From positions 62,103 through 94,102 of the forward strand of contig JBMNIW010000008.1 in assembly GCA_050951325.1 (NCBI GenBank): 32,000 bases of DNA, in the 5' to 3' direction. The DNA comes from Clostridia bacterium (lineage in GTDB: Bacteria; Bacillota; Clostridia; UBA1212; DUPL01). Shown in pieces: positions 29,843-32,000 of this stretch. Each line of letters begins with the position of its first letter. The first letter of the stretch is position 1. The notes under the pieces are model-generated. The model did not search any database. It was not told the origin of the DNA and worked only from the letters and a program-made list of their open reading frames with translations. The position numbers and the translations under genes are program-made.

Positions 29843-30216
29843 GACTTGAGAAATGATAAAGAGCATCCTCTCAGATGCCCTATACGTTACCTCAACGGTT
29901 CTACACTTTTATTTCCTACCTTGGCTTTGCCCGGAGTTTCTTTTGCTTGTTTTGATTTGCCTTTCTCCTGGGATATGGGTATTCCTTTAATCATAATAAT
30001 TAGATATCATCAGGCTTGTCTTGCTTTTTCTTGCTCTTGTTCTGCTTGTTATCCGACCTGCCTGGAGTCTTTTCATTTTGCACTTGTCTTTTACTCCAAA
30101 TTTATCACCTCGGGATCTATTATGCAAGTCATTTAAAATAATTATGCATATTAACTGGAAATTGTTCTAAACATGATATATAATTATGCCAAAAATGAAT
30201 GGAAAGGAAAATCAAA

Positions 30217-31596
30217 ATGAACATTTATGAAGAAAACCTGAATGCGAACTATCATAATTATACATTTGGACCTTATCTGGCCACAGACGATTTGGGAAGG
30301 TCATTGCCAACGAGTGACGAAACCGGCCCCCAGAGAAAGAACAGACATGTCGGCATGTTCTATTTCCTCTGGAACGGTGTGCATGTAGGAGATAAAAGGC
30401 CACTTGACATATCAAAAATAATTGCGGCATATCCAAAAGCAGGCTACTACCCTGATATGGATATCTGGGGAGCATACTCAGTCATGCACCACTGGGGAGA
30501 GCCTCTCTATGGATACTACTATACCGAGGATGAGTGGGTAATGAGAAAACATATAGAAATGCTGACCATTGCCGATATAGACTTCCTTGTTTTCGATACA
30601 ACCAATGCCGTAATATATGAAAGAAACGCAAAGCTGATGATGAGACTATTAAACGAGTACAGACAGGCAGGTTGGAATACTCCAAAAGTCGTATTCTACA
30701 CAAACACCCGCTCTGGCTATTCAGCCCAGCTCATTTATGACGCTATATACAAAGTAGACTTCATGCCTGACACATGGTTCTATCTTGATGGCAAGCCATT
30801 AATAATCGCAAAAGAAGACGAGTGTTCGGAAGAAGTAAGAAATCTCTTCACAATACGCGCTTCCCAGTGGCCAAACGAGCCTACCAAGCTTAATGGCTGG
30901 CCTTGGATGGATTTTGAAAGACCACAAAGAGTGCTGAAAAATCACAGAGGCGAAGATGAAATCATAAATGTGTCAGTTGCCCAGCATCCACAAATAAGGT
31001 TTGGCGACTCTGCCTTGTATGGAGAAGAATCAAACCGCGGCAGATCCTATCACAACGGTGCAAATGACAAATCAGAAGGTGCGTATAAATATGGATACAA
31101 CTTTGCAGAACAATGGGAACGTGCCCTTGAAACAGATCCACCATATGTTTTTGTAACCGGCTGGAATGAATGGATTGCAGGAAGATGGCAGGGAACCGCT
31201 GAAAGACCACTGAACTTTGTTGACTGTGCAGACATTGAGTTCTCGCGAGACATAGAACCAATGAAAGGCGGATACTTTGACAACTACTACATGCAGCTAA
31301 TATACTACGTCCGCAAGTACAAAGGCACCCAGCCAATAATCAGGCAGGAGGAAATGGAGACAGCCAGCGTTGCAGACTGCTTTGCCCGTTTCAACCGCAG
31401 CAAGGTTGTATACAGAGACTTCCCCAAAGGTGCTATGAGCAGAAACTGCAAAGGTTACGATACGGTATATACGAACAACACCGGAAGGAATGAAGTAATC
31501 GAATCCAGAGTTCTGCATGACGAGCACAAAATATACTTTTATGCAAAAACCTCGGCACCTATTGAGAGATACGATTATCAGAGTGCACCTGGATGA
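30217..31596 (+). CDS. Putative glycoside hydrolase-like protein (TIM-barrel, GH99/GH71-like features); N-terminal part of a probably split gene
   Basis: Long ORF with FYFLWNG, HHWGEPLYGYYYTEDEWVMRKHIEMLTIADIDFLVFDTTN and FVTGWNEWIAGRW. AAGGAAA lies upstream of the ATG at 30217, which is preferred over 30199. The family call is tentative. Confidence 0.6.
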   Translation: MNIYEENLNANYHNYTFGPYLATDDLGRSLPTSDETGPQRKNRHVGMFYFLWNGVHVGDKRPLDISKIIAAYPKAGYYPDMDIWGAYSVMHHWGEPLYGYYYTEDEWVMRKHIEMLTIADIDFLVFDTTNAVIYERNAKLMMRLLNEYRQAGWNTPKVVFYTNTRSGYSAQLIYDAIYKVDFMPDTWFYLDGKPLIIAKEDECSEEVRNLFTIRASQWPNEPTKLNGWPWMDFERPQRVLKNHRGEDEIINVSVAQHPQIRFGDSALYGEESNRGRSYHNGANDKSEGAYKYGYNFAEQWERALETDPPYVFVTGWNEWIAGRWQGTAERPLNFVDCADIEFSRDIEPMKGGYFDNYYMQLIYYVRKYKGTQPIIRQEEMETASVADCFARFNRSKVVYRDFPKGAMSRNCKGYDTVYTNNTGRNEVIESRVLHDEHKIYFYAKTSAPIERYDYQSAPG

Positions 31597-31955
31597 ACCT
31601 GTTCCTTAACGTTAACGAAGGCAAAAACGACGACAAACGTTTCCACGGATACAACTATCTGGTAAATTCATATCAGTACTCAGAAACCAAGACATCGCTC
31701 TCCAGGTGTACGGAAGATGTCAAGGTAATGAATCCAGATACATTCAAGATATGCGGAATGCTGGATTTCAAATTTGATGGTAATGAAATAATGATTGAGA
31801 TACCAAAGTATGCCATAGGTATTGAACCTGGTTCAAAGTTCAGGATACTGTTCAAATGGGTTGATTCAAGAACGGAAATATACCGTATTGAACAGTTCTA
31901 CACTGATGGAGACTGTGCTCCAATAGGCCGTTTGAACTATGTGTTTGAAAATTAA
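31593..31955 (+). CDS. C-terminal beta-sandwich-like fragment continuing the upstream GH-like gene (ATGA overlap)
   Basis: 120-aa ORF. Its frame is open from 31566 and reads ...CTWMNLFLNVNEG, which looks like the continuation of the upstream protein rather than an independent gene. Confidence 0.55.
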   Translation: MNLFLNVNEGKNDDKRFHGYNYLVNSYQYSETKTSLSRCTEDVKVMNPDTFKICGMLDFKFDGNEIMIEIPKYAIGIEPGSKFRILFKWVDSRTEIYRIEQFYTDGDCAPIGRLNYVFEN

Positions 31956-32000
31956 CATTTTGTTTACAACTCGCTATTGACATCGCTTTAGCACAAATAT

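Noticed and set aside
29887-30083. Minus-strand mini-ORFs encoding Lys-rich peptides (35 aa from the ATG at 29994; 27 aa from the GTG at 30083)
   Set aside because: The ATG ORF has no Shine-Dalgarno sequence. The second relies on a GTG start with only a distant GGAG. They are more likely decayed sequence and are kept only as a low-interest note.
29837-30136. 99-aa plus-strand ORF (MQDLRNDKEHPLRC...)
   Set aside because: It has no RBS. Its Cys/Phe/Leu/Ser-rich composition is driven by the pyrimidine-rich strand. It starts inside a predicted minus-strand promoter, and I recognise no family resemblance.

Overview
This looks like a chromosomal segment from a low-GC, anaerobic, probably spore-forming Firmicute. 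The Clostridia-like gene content includes PFOR, NrdDG, desulfoferrodoxin, a SleL/YaaH-like cortex hydrolase and CotH. From 1 to 20.1 kb the content is mostly housekeeping: a 5'-truncated CotH-RCC1 fusion gene, a DUF4091-like gene, dfx, a Crp/Fnr regulator, a split chromate-transporter pair and nrdD-nrdG with candidate NrdR boxes. It continues with a translationally coupled spermidine operon (speD, arginine decarboxylase, speE, speB; minus strand), trxA, a UDG-family glycosylase, maf, a LysM-GH18 spore hydrolase, a 50-aa ORF missing from the ORF track, and a PFOR (nifJ) gene broken by a 1-nt frameshift. From 20.2 to 29.85 kb there is a complete type II-A CRISPR-Cas9 locus on the minus strand: cas9-cas1-cas2-csn2-leader-array, with 44 identical 36-nt repeats and 43 spacers. 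A divergent tracrRNA was found by anti-repeat matching. The array trailer abuts a decayed, truncated AraC-family gene. The most interesting signals are in this locus. Spacer length varies from 14 to 39 nt, which is very wide for a type II-A system. The length outliers occur as adjacent, mutually homologous pairs. Two spacers are too short to license cleavage. The tracrRNA and cas9 control regions are interleaved and share a bidirectional terminator. From 30.2 to 31.96 kb there is a glycoside-hydrolase-like gene split at an ATGA overlap. All family assignments come from reading motifs by eye; no searches were run.
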